A stretch of DNA of 64,000 nucleotides from Balanoglossus misakiensis (Eukaryota; Animalia; Hemichordata), in the NCBI GenBank assembly GCA_040954595.2, contig CM082592.2, forward strand, positions 5,818,308 to 5,882,307, read 5' to 3'. This document shows positions 40,633 to 60,600 of this stretch, one piece after another. Numbering within the stretch: the stretch's first letter is position 1; each line of letters starts with the position of its first letter. The notes under the pieces were generated by a model. That model did no database searches. It had not been told where the DNA came from and saw only the letters and a list, made by a program, of their open reading frames with translations. A program made the position numbers and the translations under genes.

Positions 40633-43600
40633 ATGGTTATCTGGATAATTGTACTGACAGTAACATGTTTGTTAGTGTACATCATCTGGACGCTACTGGT
40701 ATCATCAGGCAGTGCTTACAGTGAAAACACCATCGATGCATTCATCGACTCGACAACAGGTACATTTTTATGTAGTAACTAATATGACAGCAATAAAGAG
40801 GGTTGCCCTCTGACCCTAATATTAATGATGCCCGAGCTGAAAACAAGGGCGTCATCAATAACATGATCATAGAATAAATTTAAGCCATTATAGATAACGT
40901 TAAAATCCATCACCTGTAATCCAATTGTCTAAGTCATTTGAATTACATATGCAGATGATTCCACAGAAGCGAAGTGTGACAGTCTGACAGGCGACAAGTA
41001 CAGGAAATTATACACTGAACCCGGCATACAGATTTTAATACTCTACGGAACAGAGTATGGCTTCAGTGAAGAGGTCGCCAAGAAACTCTACGACAGGTAC
41101 ATAGTACTACATTTGATTATTTTTACATTGACATTTACAAAATCGTTTTGGAAATGAAAGGTTTACACTCAATATTCCAAAGTAATTTTTTTATACATAT
41201 TCGATTTAGAAGTCTGACTTTTATTGACATCTTGGTCATGGTGCGTTTTTCCTTTCTTTTTTGTTCCAGAATAGAAGAGTTATCATTCTCCCAGCATGCT
41301 TCTCTTCAAGTCCGCCTTGTGAATGCCAAAGATTTTGAGGTCATTGACCTCGATCAGGAGCAGCTTCTGTTTGTTGTCATAGCAACTAGTGGCGATGGTG
41401 AGTTGGGTAATGTATATCATTCTATGGTAACCTGCTGTTTCCATATACATGGACCAAACAGCGTCCTTCTTCACAGCAGAAGGAAACCTTGATTCAAATT
41501 CTGTAGATGATGCTATTCTCCCACTCTGCCTAACCCCACCCTTTACGTCATATATAATCATCAATTTCATATCAATGTCATTGTCACGTCAAATCCAGGG
41601 GTGCCACCAACCGATGCCAGACCCTGGTACGACAGCCTTGCTGAGCAAACACACAACTGGTCGCACTTGAAGTTTTCCGTCTTGGCTCTGGGAGACTCCA
41701 ATTATCCGCATTTTTGTCGAACTGGTAGAACTGTAGATCAGAGGTGAGTTAATTGACAAGAAAATCAGTTTAAAAGACTCATGAAATAAATTCACTATAA
41801 AACCCCACCCAACCTATCCTTCTCACAGATTGGCGTTCTGTGGCGCAAGCCCGTTAGTTCAGAGGTCAGATGTGGACATGGAGGACTGGTCAGTTATCAA
41901 CGATTGGATGGAGAAAGTCATCACTGCCCTGCCAACTGTTTCCATAGAAACCAGAGTCGATTATTTGTCGCCAAGGTTACCCAGGAACAATGATCAGCAT
42001 GATAGGAACAGGCCCTTCATGGCAGAGCTGAAAGTAAGGTTATATTCAAAGTTATATGGTGGCAGTCTATCATTAGTACACTGCTGAGTATTTTAAACAT
42101 ATTTGTACAAGATATTTTCTTCACAGTCTTAACTTCATTGCCTCAGGTGAAAAGGAGTCTCACTACAGTCACAGTGCCCGGCGACAAACAAACGGTACAT
42201 TGTGAATTCAACATAGAGGGCAGCGGTCTGAACTTCACTTCAGGGGATGCGCTTGGAATCTATCCACAGAATCGCCCGGATGAAGTCCAGTATTTGTTGG
42301 AAGTTCTCAGTTGCCAAGGAGACGAGATGGTCGACGCTCCATCATGGGCTTATCATCCCAAACCAGGTGTGCTTTTAAGTGGCTATGCTAATAATACGAG
42401 CTCATCGTCATATATTAACATAATGGTTTGATAACTTAAATCAAGATGTTTGCTATAATACTTGCATCTCCTACTTGTTCATCAAATTTCGTGCCCAGCA
42501 CATCAACTAACACATATCCTTACAACTTTCCCATTTGTTGACAGCTGGAAAGTTGAATCTGCGAGAAGTGTTGACAAAATACTATGATTTGAAACATGTG
42601 AAACCAGAGTTAGTGCAGATACTCCAAGAGAATGTGGGTGACGCAGCCAAGAGGTCAAAGGCCATGGACCTTCTCAGAGACGGTGTAAGTGGTCAAAATG
42701 TTTTTCCTTGAATTTTTTTTTCTGTTTTATATCATCTTCTGTAACTTGAAGTTAGCATTTTTGAATTTCCTTTCACAGCTGTCCAAGAAAAACTTGAAAC
42801 TTCAGGAATATCTTGAAGAACGTGAGGTTGCCGACGTCTTACACGAGATGGGCGACGGTGAAGTGGATCTGAGGATAATTTTAGAAAACATGCGCAGTTT
42901 ACAGCCAAGATATTATTCAATATCGTCATCTCCTATTGTGGTAATTACACTCATATAATGAAAACATGTTGTCCATCTGTCAGAAACAATGAATTTACTT
43001 TAAATGGAGATTATCTTCATTTATAATTTAGCTATTCAACTGAGCTAAAACGCAGAAATTAAATGTCTAATTTATTTTTCTTGCCAGGACAGAGACACTG
43101 CCTGTGTCACAGCTGCAGTGGTCCGATACAAAACTCTGGGCAAACAACGAACAGGGGTGACCACAACCTTCCTGGAGGACAGACTGACCGTCAATCAGAC
43201 CTGCCCAGTCTTCATCAGCCACAACCCAGACTTCAGGTTGCCCAGCAACGGGCAGCTGCCAATCATTATGATAGGCCCCGGAACTGGCATAGCACCCTTC
43301 CGGGCTTTTATACAAGAGCGAGGTAAATATAGCAACAACACTGATTAAAGAAAAATACCACTTTTATACTAGATTGATTGAAAAGTTAAATTGTGATTTG
43401 TCCTATAATGAATATATTTTTAATTTTTCCTATAGTTCATTGCAAGTCCCCTGGAGTCAATATACTCTATTTTGGATGCAGGCACAAAAACAAAGATTTC
43501 CTGTATGCAAATGAGCTTGGTAAGTGAGTATTTAATTAAATCTCCAGAAACACTTCACTGATTCTACTTATTACAGCCATTTAAAAAAATTGAGGACATA

Positions 43601-44104
43601 TGTCTAGTGATATACCAGACTGCAGAAACAAATGCATTATGGCCATTTCATCATTTCCTTTCTTGCCAGATGCTTGGGCTGACCAGGGACATCTTGTTCT
43701 GAGGACCGCATTTTCTAGAGATCAAGAACACAAGATTTACGTCCAAGATTTGCTGAGGGAAGGTTCAGAAATGATCTGGAATTATTTGCAGGTATGGAGA
43801 ACAAAACTGACAATTCAGTTTGTAAGTCAGTAAGCAACTTGTCATGAATGTTTTGGTGTCCAATGGGTACCAACCTGGTTCGCGAACAAAATCATTGATG
43901 TGTGAACTTTTGATTTTGCACATTCTCTCTCAGGATGGAGCTAGTCTGTACGTCTGCGGCGATGCCAAACGCATGGCTCGCGACGTCCACAAAGCCTTGA
44001 TCGACATCTGTCACTCGCACATGGGGGACCAATCGGAGGCCGTCAAATATCTGACCTTCCTGGAGGAGAACCAGAGGTACCAGAAAGACGTCTGGGTCAC
44101 ATGA
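40633..44104 (+). CDS. Diflavin NADPH oxidoreductase (flavodoxin + FAD/NADPH domains), CysJ/sulfite reductase flavoprotein-like, with N-terminal hydrophobic anchor; about 626 aa, 12 exons
   Basis: Exons 40633-40759, 40955-41096, 41270-41397, 41599-41743, 41829-42033, 42147-42366, 42545-42684, 42779-42940, 43088-43322, 43436-43519, 43670-43791, 43934-44104 (sum 1881 nt, in frame). Motifs ILYGTEYGFSEEVA, ATSGDGVPPTDA, ALGDSNYPHFC, GDALGIYPQN, RYYSISSS, MIGPGTGIAPFRAF, LYFGCR, YVCGDAKRMARDV, RYQKDVWVT*. The start codon is inferred (in-frame TAA at 40576). Confidence 0.88.
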
Positions 44105-44302
44105 TGATCACCTGATGCTTCGGTCATGTGATGTGTGATGTAATGTACAATTTGAAGCACTATTCCCCGAGTCAGATTGACCTAGGTCCAAGATTGTTAG
44201 CAGACCTTTGCATTTCACGTCTGATATTCTGCATGGTCCTGTAAATTGGCGACAATGAGATCTTGACTGATCACATGGAACTGCATGGAAAATAACTGGA
44301 AA

Positions 44303-44312
44303 AATAAATAAA
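44303..44312 (+). terminator. Overlapping polyadenylation signals of the diflavin reductase
   Basis: AATAAATAAA about 200 nt after the stop, followed by T-rich and GT-rich sequence. Confidence 0.5.
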
Positions 44313-45190
44313 GCAGATGACAAAAAACTTGATAAAAATGAGAGTTTATTTCAATATTTTTTTTTTCAGTGTGTGTGAGTGTGTGCTTGTTTGTGTTTGT
44401 GGTTACAACTATGAAAAATACATTAATTAAGCGTTCAGTATTTTTGGATTAAATGTCTTTTCATATTACAACCTGGAAGCATTGCTGAAAACCTATTATA
44501 AAGAGATTTATGTGCAAGTTCCTAACATCTTGTCATGGATTCTCAACCGGATATTAATAATCTTTCCGGATTACACCATTCCGGGCCTGATCTCCCTTAT
44601 CCCAATCAGGATACGAAAGACGATCCCGACGGGGGTATAATCGGAGATCGGATATTTCGGCAGCTTCTGGGCGTATCCACATCAATGTGCGTGTCGAATC
44701 ACTGAGCCTGTTTCTGGAAGTGATGGAAGCCATCCAACTGCTAATACCCGATCTCTGATTGGATCAAAAGTAACCAGTACTCCCCTACCGCCGTAGGGGG
44801 GGGGGAATTTACAGCTGACGAAAATTCCAAAAAATGAAATTTCTGAGAAGAAAAAAAATGCACCTTGCAAATTTACAATTCTTGTCGTTAAAAGACATGT
44901 CATGATTTTCCATGTTTCAACAGAAAGAGTCTGAATATTTTAGCGAGTACCTCAGTGTGTGATCAATGTCAAGTTTTAGCCAGGCTTCACTTTGCAACGA
45001 TGAAACTACGAACACTTATAGAACCACCGTGATCATAGCCAGAATCAACATGATTGAATCTTGAAATATTATGAGAATTGTTTAAGAAAAAATAGATATA
45101 TGACAGTGACCCCCACAACTGAGTGCTTGCTGGCTGGATTAATACACATACATTTCTCCACTTATGGTAATACAAAAGTATGATGTTGTT

Positions 45191-45208
45191 TGGCCACTAG
45201 AGGGCGTG
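45191..45208 (+). promoter_or_regulatory. CTCF consensus motif between convergent genes
   Basis: TGGCCACTAGAGGGCGTG matches the CTCF core CCACYAGRKGGC. Confidence 0.5.
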
Positions 45209-47195
45209 CTCAACGCACCTTGTAATCAATTTCGGCACACACCGGCCAATGTTGCTAGATACATCTAGAAAATACACCATTCAAAAATTTTACAATATAC
45301 ATACATATACTACAGCAAATCAGCACGAAGCTTGCTTATTCTTTTTAATGATCATTAAACACGAAAACATGCTTGTCTCGGAGAGTAGATAAATTTTATA
45401 CAGCTGTGAAGTAACTAATATATACTAAAATTGTACTTGTTTTTTTTTTCTTTTAATACACAAGTCCTGCAATTATCTGAAAGTGTCACAAGAAGACACA
45501 TGACCATAAATGGATGTCTCCTGACTCCGCATGGACTGGGAAAATAAATTGAAAGATGAAAAAGTCATCCCATCAGAGGAAATATCATGTTGATATTCTT
45601 TACACACGTTAAGATCAGCACGGAATACAAGTTACACATTTTCTGTTACTGCAAATTTTACCAGGCTTTGAAAAAAAAGGTTAAATACAAATGTATAGAG
45701 AAAATTTCCATCCCAAACACACCCCATATGGTGTTTATTCTTGGGCTACAAGCAGCAGAATGCAATTTATCACACCTACATTTCTATCTCTGCTAGATTC
45801 TGTCAACAAAACTTCGGCAGGGCCATAATTCAACCAACCTTTTCCAATACACAAAAATCAAAACTCTTCACTAAGATGGGGTAAAATGAAACATTCTTCA
45901 ATTATGTGCAATTCAAGTGACTCTGCAAAACTGACAGGTAGTAGTAGCGAGTGATTTCAGTGTACACAAAACGCAACACGGCACTTCAATTATTTGTAAA
46001 ACTGGCACGACACAAAGTGCAAAATTGGGCACGCCAAGCGAGAGGGGAAAAAAGATCATGTATCCAAAATCCACAGCTTTGCCCATCTGATTCACCTTTC
46101 ATGATAGAAACACCGTTCTTCACACCAATATACTTCTTCAACATTGTGCTATACATTTCCAGTAAACAACTCTTCCATTCAAATGATAACTCCAACACCT
46201 GACAACTGCCAACTTCTGTCTTTAGAGCTCACAAAATATCCGCCCATGTCCACTGACAATTGTCACCAGAAAAACTATGAAGAACGCCCTCAAACAGCTT
46301 ACAAAGGTTCAGTGCAGTTCAGCTTGTACTACTTTTCGATGGCCACATGATTAGATCACTACAAGTAAAGATTCTGCAAAGTTTCGCCAAAAAAATCTAT
46401 ACTTGTGATTTAAAGAGACTTCAGGGGAAAAAATTTGATTACAGCACGGACGAAAAAAAGAGGACTCAACTTCTGTCTGCCAAAATGTGATAAAATACAC
46501 TTCCTCTGTAAACATTAATTTCAAGTGCATCATGTTGATTTTCCCGTTCTTCAAAACTGAAATAAAAATCCCAGTGTACAAAGGTCAAATGTCTGTCTTT
46601 TAGATCACAACCGTTGACTCTCTACATTAATTTTTAAAATATCTTCTTTGCGCATTCATTAATTCAACACTTTGTCAAAAAAGAGTGTATGTAAATACAT
46701 AACATTACACCATACATGTTTTTTTTCTGATTATTCTAAATGTCAGTTTTTTTTTTCTTATTCTTTTTTTTCCTGCTAAATATAAATAAGATCACTTCTA
46801 AAAGTTATAGAAAGTCCTCTGTGGTTGAATACTACAGAGCAGTGTGGGTTTTTCCCTCCGATGCTCAACACTCTATAATTTCAAATATTCTTGGGTGCTG
46901 GCCAGTGCTGTGGGGAGAATATGGGAGACATGATTAATTAATACCTCATAGTCACGTCATGTTATTGTATCCCATTGCAAGTTACCCATCCAATGGTGCT
47001 GTCGGAGGAGTTTGTATTCCCGTACATAACATCTTATCATGATTGTAGGGTTCTACATCCACCTGAATAACCCATTTCACACTGCTATCATGATGACTAA
47101 ACTCATTTCATTCTCAGTTGCCATTAACACATTAGCCTCCAACACCCATCCAAGCCACCCACTGAACCCACTATGTATTGTACACATACCTGACT

Positions 47196-53673
<6,478 letters not shown>

Positions 53674-54577
53674 CTGTAAAATAAAAAGTGGTGGGAGAGG
53701 GGTAAGATTTATTGAACTTGAAAACCCATGGAAGTCAGCAGGGCTGTGTTTGGAGGGGGCAGCAAGTACTGACACTGACATAGGCCTGCCACATACATGT
53801 AGAGCTATAGGTCAACATGTGTATACACCACTTCCTTCTGGAACTAATCCTTGCACATCGCAGGAAATTGTGTAATGAACCTTCCTGTTCAAAGACGAGT
53901 CTGCATCAAACAGAGTATTAAAGCGATACAATAAATGCACTGCTGTAATTATCGCTCTAAAAGTACCTTCAATGATACCAGCACTCGTTAATTAAACACG
54001 ATGATTTGCCAATCAATTTGTAACATCCATAGACTATTGCTAACATTAGATACTGCAACCATTTTTAGGCCAGTTACTCAAGCGAACTCGATTCAACAAT
54101 TACGTTTCATTGTTACGAGGGGAAACAGCAGCACTTAAACAATAGGATAATTTTCTCTCATTTTAATTGTTGTTTTCCACACAGACTGATTGACCGTACA
54201 ATATCAGCACAATGGTTTGACGCAATACAATTAGTGCACCCACACAGAATGGACCCAGCGGGTAGAGGTCGCTTACAAAACAGATAGACACACAATGCCC
54301 AGGAAGACAACCTGGGATTTCGTAACAGCCAAGCAACACGTTCATCCTTGGGCCACACTGAACAACAGAAAAACACTTTTAACTGCATTCACTGGTTTTA
54401 ATCAAGAGCACTTGTTCGGCCAAGTACAGCTGCACTAGATAATTGCGCCGACCACTTGTGGCATATCTGCAAAGAACCCAGTGACACCGATGACCTTGCT
54501 GCTTCAAATGCCGCTAGCTGCATTAGTGCAGCAGGACCTTATGTAGGTCACTTTCATATTTCATATGACCCCATCAG

Positions 54578-54657
54578 TCACCCCCAGTTCCCTCTTTAGA
54601 GGTCCAACTTTAACATAGGAAACTATGGTTCTAGACTGGACCAAGGTGGTGAAAGGG
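54578..54657. mobile_element. Second, left-truncated copy of the piggyBac-type MITE (ERK intron)
   Basis: TCACCCCCAGTTC...GAGGTCCAACTTTA...GGTGAAAGGG followed by TTAA, similar to 20933-21018; a further fragment near 55063-55098. Confidence 0.6.
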
Positions 54658-57600
54658 TTAAAAAGCACTTATGCCGAGCACACAAGACTTGCGTCGGGGT
54701 CAGGTTACGCATTGCGACATCATCATCGTTTTACTGGCGTCCATAACTTTTTTATATCCATCTCTCGGCAACCATCAAGGTTTATTTTTTACCCCATCAT
54801 ACATCAAAACAGAGGAATAATTATACGCCCAGAATCAGGTCACGCTACATGTATTGTACCTTGGGCAACTGAGATCCGTTCTGATGAAACTTTTCAACAA
54901 AATACCAAACACCTCTGACAGCCAATGGCATGCCATAAGGACACATTATGTGCCCTTTTCAACTTACGGCCCATTGCTTACGGCCCTACAACCCTGATAC
55001 TGATACCACAGACAAAGGTCAGCTGTTCTAAAATGCAATTTTCGAGCATGCTTCCTGTGTAAAGGTCCAATTTTACCAATGAAAACAATACGATTGGGCC
55101 GCCCTACTTTACACTGGAGGAAGGTGAAAATATCAGACATGATTGATGCAATATCACGAGCGATTCATCAAATCCTGAACACGTCAATTTCTGAAGAAAA
55201 AAACAGAGCTCAATGCACCTGTCGCTAAGAGAAAACCCTCCCACATATAAAGTCAATACCACAATACCTGCACCCCCCCCCCCTTCCACACAAGCCACAT
55301 CATCACCATGGCTACCAAGAACAACCTCTCTGACAACCATCTATTTATTCAGCATTTATGAATCCCTGATCAATTATTCATACATGCAGGGGCGGCCCTG
55401 TAGCAAGTCAGCGGGAACAATCCCACAGCTTTGAGTGGTATGCCCTTGTTGGCAAAAAAATCAAAGTCTAGTCTTTACTGAGAATGGATCAATCCTTGTG
55501 AAAACCACCTCACCCCTGCTGCACCCATGAAAATTATCTTTTTTTTTTTAAACACACATGTGCGCTGGATCTCTCTTAGAAGCTTTCGGTTCTCTTTGTT
55601 TCGGTAACACAGACAAAACTGCTATCCCGTTGATATGCAAATAGGGGCGCATTCCTGGATTTCCACCGCAGAGACAGGTATTTTTCTGTGGCATGCCAGT
55701 GACGGGAAGCAAACAGAAGTGTTACTGTGTTCGGCTTACAATGCGATGCTATTTGGGTCCGATAAAGGATGTTTTGAATTCGTCAATGGAACGCGCTTGG
55801 CTGCACTGACTGAACAGATGCAGCATGCCTCGCACACTTCCCTCTTTTCTCTCGACGTACAAACGGCTCTTGACAGCAAATAACCCTCTCTACCGCCACA
55901 CGTTTTCTCTACGATTTCATGATGACTGGGCAACTAACCAAGCACGAACTGAAGTCAATCAGCCCAGTATCGCGATAAGAAAGACGCTATTCTACCTCTT
56001 GGACTTGTTTCGATTACAATGAAAAATCGGAGGTCCGATTTTTCGGAAGAAAAACACTGCTTTCCAGCACGCCCTGCGCCGAGAAATGACACATATTGAA
56101 CAAGACTTAGCACCCATGGCCTTTGATAACTTTCCCTTGTGTAGTGGTGTAACATATTTGAAAACGGTGAGATTTGAACCTAGGGAACGGATGAATGGGA
56201 AGTAAAACCCTGTGAATTGGAAGTAATTCCCCACAGCTGTTGCTGCTTATCATTCACCCTGGCTGACCTTAATACTGACCTGACCACATCAAATCTTTTT
56301 TTTTGAAGTTGTGATAATAAAATATCAAAGCAATTGTGTATGTTTTAAATTGTAATCATATGTGATAATGACATTAACTCAACACATGCACAAGCTGTCA
56401 TTCACGAGTAAAAAGTAAATTTCCAAGGAGGCAAAGACTACAGCTAGCAAAACACAAGTAGCATTTCAGCATATTTCTTGCCATCAATGTGAGGGGTTAA
56501 TGGCATGACTACGAGGACTGCATTTTGTCGTGGCATGCAGACATCACAGATGTCCATGCCAAGTATCTGTCTGCAGTATTAGAACAGGTGCTAGCCCAAG
56601 TGATTCCTGGGAAGGTGGTACTAGCTTTTCTCAGAACAGCTGCGAGACATTTCATCATCCGTTCATGAATGCAGTTTGTCTCTCTCCCAGGCCGACTCGC
56701 AATCCATAAACGCCATTCAATGACACCAGCTTCTCGGTTTCCGAGTGACATAAAATTCCTTCCCGGTGTCATCTTATCAGGCAGAGAGAAAGTGGGTCAA
56801 ATAGCAATGATAGCAGAGTGAAGTATAAAGTCTCTTGCACAATAACAATGGCTGCTTGGTGGTCAGCCACTTTGGATTGCATTGCAAAACAAAGTGCTAT
56901 GCAAATCAGATCAAACCGGGTCTTGAGAAATGATGCTGCCTAGGACAACACTGCAAAGTTTACAATGGGTTTGTTACTTTTCCGGACTTAGGACTGACAA
57001 AAATATTTTAAATACAAAAATAACATTTCTTCCTTACGTACAATATTTAGAAACCATCAAATTATAATTTTTTCATTTCATTTTCTGTGTAAAAAAAGTG
57101 CAAAGTGAACTGAAGCTTGTATTTGAGAACAATTTACAAATGGGATTTATACAGCTCTTTCTCTAGACAGTATATTCGCTGACATACATGCAAATGCCAT
57201 GTGCACGTTTCAAACATAAACAGAATGCCATCCCCAACTACGAATGATTAATGCTTTATTGTAATTGCTGAATCGCGACTAATGGTTGCTAAGATAATTT
57301 GTATCAATTAAGTCTTACTTTTAATAATAATGGATATTTATGAGAAGACAACCAATTATTCCCACGCAAAATTAAATGCAACTCCCGGTGAATGACCTAT
57401 CAAACATCACGTTTTAGCTTCCCTTCCGCTGGAAACGATAAGGACGAGGAATATGGCTCGTGCAGGTAACACGCAGTGCCAACTTAGGTACTATTAATTA
57501 CAGCTTCAGTGTACTAGCTGAAAGAAGTCCTGCCTGGTTTTGAAAAATTAACCCACCCCCTCCCTCCCCTTGGGCTAATTTTATAGTGTCATTAATCATG

Positions 57601-60600
57601 TTATTTTTACTCGTGTCAGTGACAGACTGCAAGGGGACAGATGCATCATGGGAAAGTGAGAGCCTGGACAACGACTGAGTGCTGTTGGTTGCCATGCACA
57701 TTTCCTTATTCTCCCCGCAATGGTCAAGAAACACGTACCAGACTGCTTCCTTGACTTTTGCAGATTCTTGGGGTTTGGGGAAAAATGCAAATGTTCAATT
57801 TACCGGTAATCTAATTAACGCTAATTATTATCACCAATCTTTTTCAATTCCAAAGCTGTGGCCATTTATTATATAAAAATCTACAGTTGGAAAATATACA
57901 GCAGTTATAATATTACGTGAATTCTATTTTTATTCTCAGAGTTCATATTTACAACGGAGAAATTTCATCAGGCAAGTCATTATTTGTCTCTGAAGGAAAT
58001 AAGCAATTTCTCATAACATTACATCAACCACGATCTTTTCAAAATTAGAGCATATTTTTCCCTGTGCAGCAATGCAAACGATTTCCACTCTGAAATCGTA
58101 CTCGAGTCCTGACATAAAAAATCCCCAACAATTATGCATAGTGGCCAATTTCAAAAAAAGCCAAGAAGAGTCCGCTTTCAGTAACTCTGCACTGAGGTTT
58201 CAATATCCACCCAGGCAAGCACGAATTTCCCAGCATCAACCCTACCTATTACAAGAATTCACATTATCAACTGCCCCGTTATTAGTTCAGATTTTCAATT
58301 TCACTATTATCTGATCCAAGATAACCTTGCGTGTAGAATTAAAAAAAAACCCAGGGCACCGAATATAAAACCTCTCTCCAGTCCCACGCTTCGACTACGG
58401 TAACTATGCACACGTTCAAATTAATGAAGGACGTAAAGCTTGACGAGGAGCAAATTAAAACCACCAAGGATATTTTTGTGTGTGTATTTACAGGGCATCT
58501 AGTCTGCCAGTGCACGAACAATACCGAATATCTGCACCATGCAGAGCATTGTGGCTTGCATAATGATTGGCTCATCCAGGGTTCTGAAATGCATTTGTAT
58601 GCGATTTTTTTTTTAACCCCGCCGCCGTCAGACTCTCCATGCCGCCTGGACATAAAAGCCAGCTTTAACGACTGAGATACGTAATCTGCAGTAAAGCTCG
58701 CTCGCTTTATGCATTATTAATAAGACAGAAGTTCACCGATGACACAGATACAGGCATTCGAAAGGTGGTAGCCACACACACTACTGTAAAACGGGAAATT
58801 TTTCGACAACGATAAATTTTCGCGAACTTTACAAGAGCCAAAAATACGATTTAGAGGTAAAATAATATATACATGCAGAGGAACGAACATATACATGTAG
58901 ATGTGCATGCAAGCACACACACACACACACAATCTGGTTTGCACTTCTCAGGGTTAAACTTCAAGACTAAACCACCTTTCAGCCACATCCAATCTCCGTA
59001 TCAAACAAACCAATCAATTTCACTTCACAAAGCTGCGACTGCATCAACACCGACGCAGTCTTGTTTTCCTGGAAAGCGTCTCTTCCTGGAAACCCCCCAA
59101 TTCTAACCGCGCAACGCAAAGACTCGGCACAAAGGACTTAATTTATAGCCCCTCTACGGTTGCCACAGCATCGTACGGCCTCGTCACAAACATCAAAGGC
59201 AGTTAACAGTCTTGTATTTGATGAAGCTAGTAATACCGACAAGTAAAGCAAGATAAATTTGATGGGGATTAGGCCCAGAAGCAACTCAGATTCATCACAG
59301 TTGATTTCAGCAGTACAACTTCTCATTCTCAATCACAAAGATGTCTAAAACTTCTGCATCCATGTACATCGTCATGTACAGCACTGGATTTTTTTTTTAA
59401 TGGGTTTCTCTCGATGTCCAGACTTCAATAAACTGATCTGATCACATATCCCAAACTACATTGAAATGCCATGTGTATGCAAAAAATTATCAGCACAATT
59501 TCATTCTATGCCAAATGAAGGCACTGATAACCTTGACCCTCAGAAATTTTGCTAACCAAAACACCAGCTAGAAAAGGGGGAGGGATACAGTACATGTACA
59601 TGTATCAGAACAGAGTGCCTTTTGTCAATAGAACATCATGCACACAAAAAGCTTACAAACTACATGTACACCACGTGTTGAAACTTCCCAGGGCTTTTCA
59701 ATTATTGCTCCTCAGAAATTTTCAACCCAGATGAGCCAACGATCGTACCCTTGGAATGCACACGCACGTTTGTGGCCACCTGTCTGCGGTCTGCCATGTG
59801 CGTGTTCCACGCATGTCGGCCATTATCATATCGTATCAGGAAATATAACGCGAATCCCAAGGGCCGAGTTATCCAGATCATCCAGGCAATCATCTCCCAG
59901 TACACTCTATCAGGACTTGCCACTAATTGAACACATTTCCCCACGCATGTATTGGAAATTATTCAAAACTGTCCTCCAGTGAACTATACTCATGAGCTAG
60001 CTAACCCACGCGACTGCATACATGTACTTGCACTTTGCATGCAAATAAATATCACAAATCTTGTAAGACAAGAGGTAAGCTCAGTTCAGTTGTCATTTTT
60101 ACACCGGGTGTACCGGTACTCAGAGCTATGGTGACTGTTTAAAAACAACACTGCTCACTTCAGGTGGTCTAACATTTAAAACTTGAACTTTTTTAGATGT
60201 CAAATTAATTAACATTTTTCACAATGTCTGCGCACGTTTGAAATTAAACGAAAATGGAATGAAATGGTGTGGTTGCTAGGTAAGCAACGGTTGAAAGAGA
60301 TGAAAAGTGGGTCTGTCTTGCACGGAAAAAAACTAAGGGAGCACATTTGTATTTGTGTGACGTTCTGTTTGTGGCACCAGTTTCAATGACCTCAGTGGAA
60401 CCGGGACAATGGTCTGATTTGTGTAGACACACCGGAGTGGGTGAATTCGAGTGGTGGGGGAGTGCCAAGAAGTATATGAAAATGAGACACACCTCAGTGA
60501 ATGCAGAGTTCGCTAGTGAGGTCACATCCACATAATAGGGACAGGAAAACCGTGCTGCTTGCGGACAAAAACAGTCAGTCTGTCGCTTTTGAAAAGGTCG

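Noticed and set aside
44102-44107. TGATGA at the reductase end as selenocysteine or readthrough
   Set aside because: The family terminates right after the DVW motif and no SECIS was recognised.
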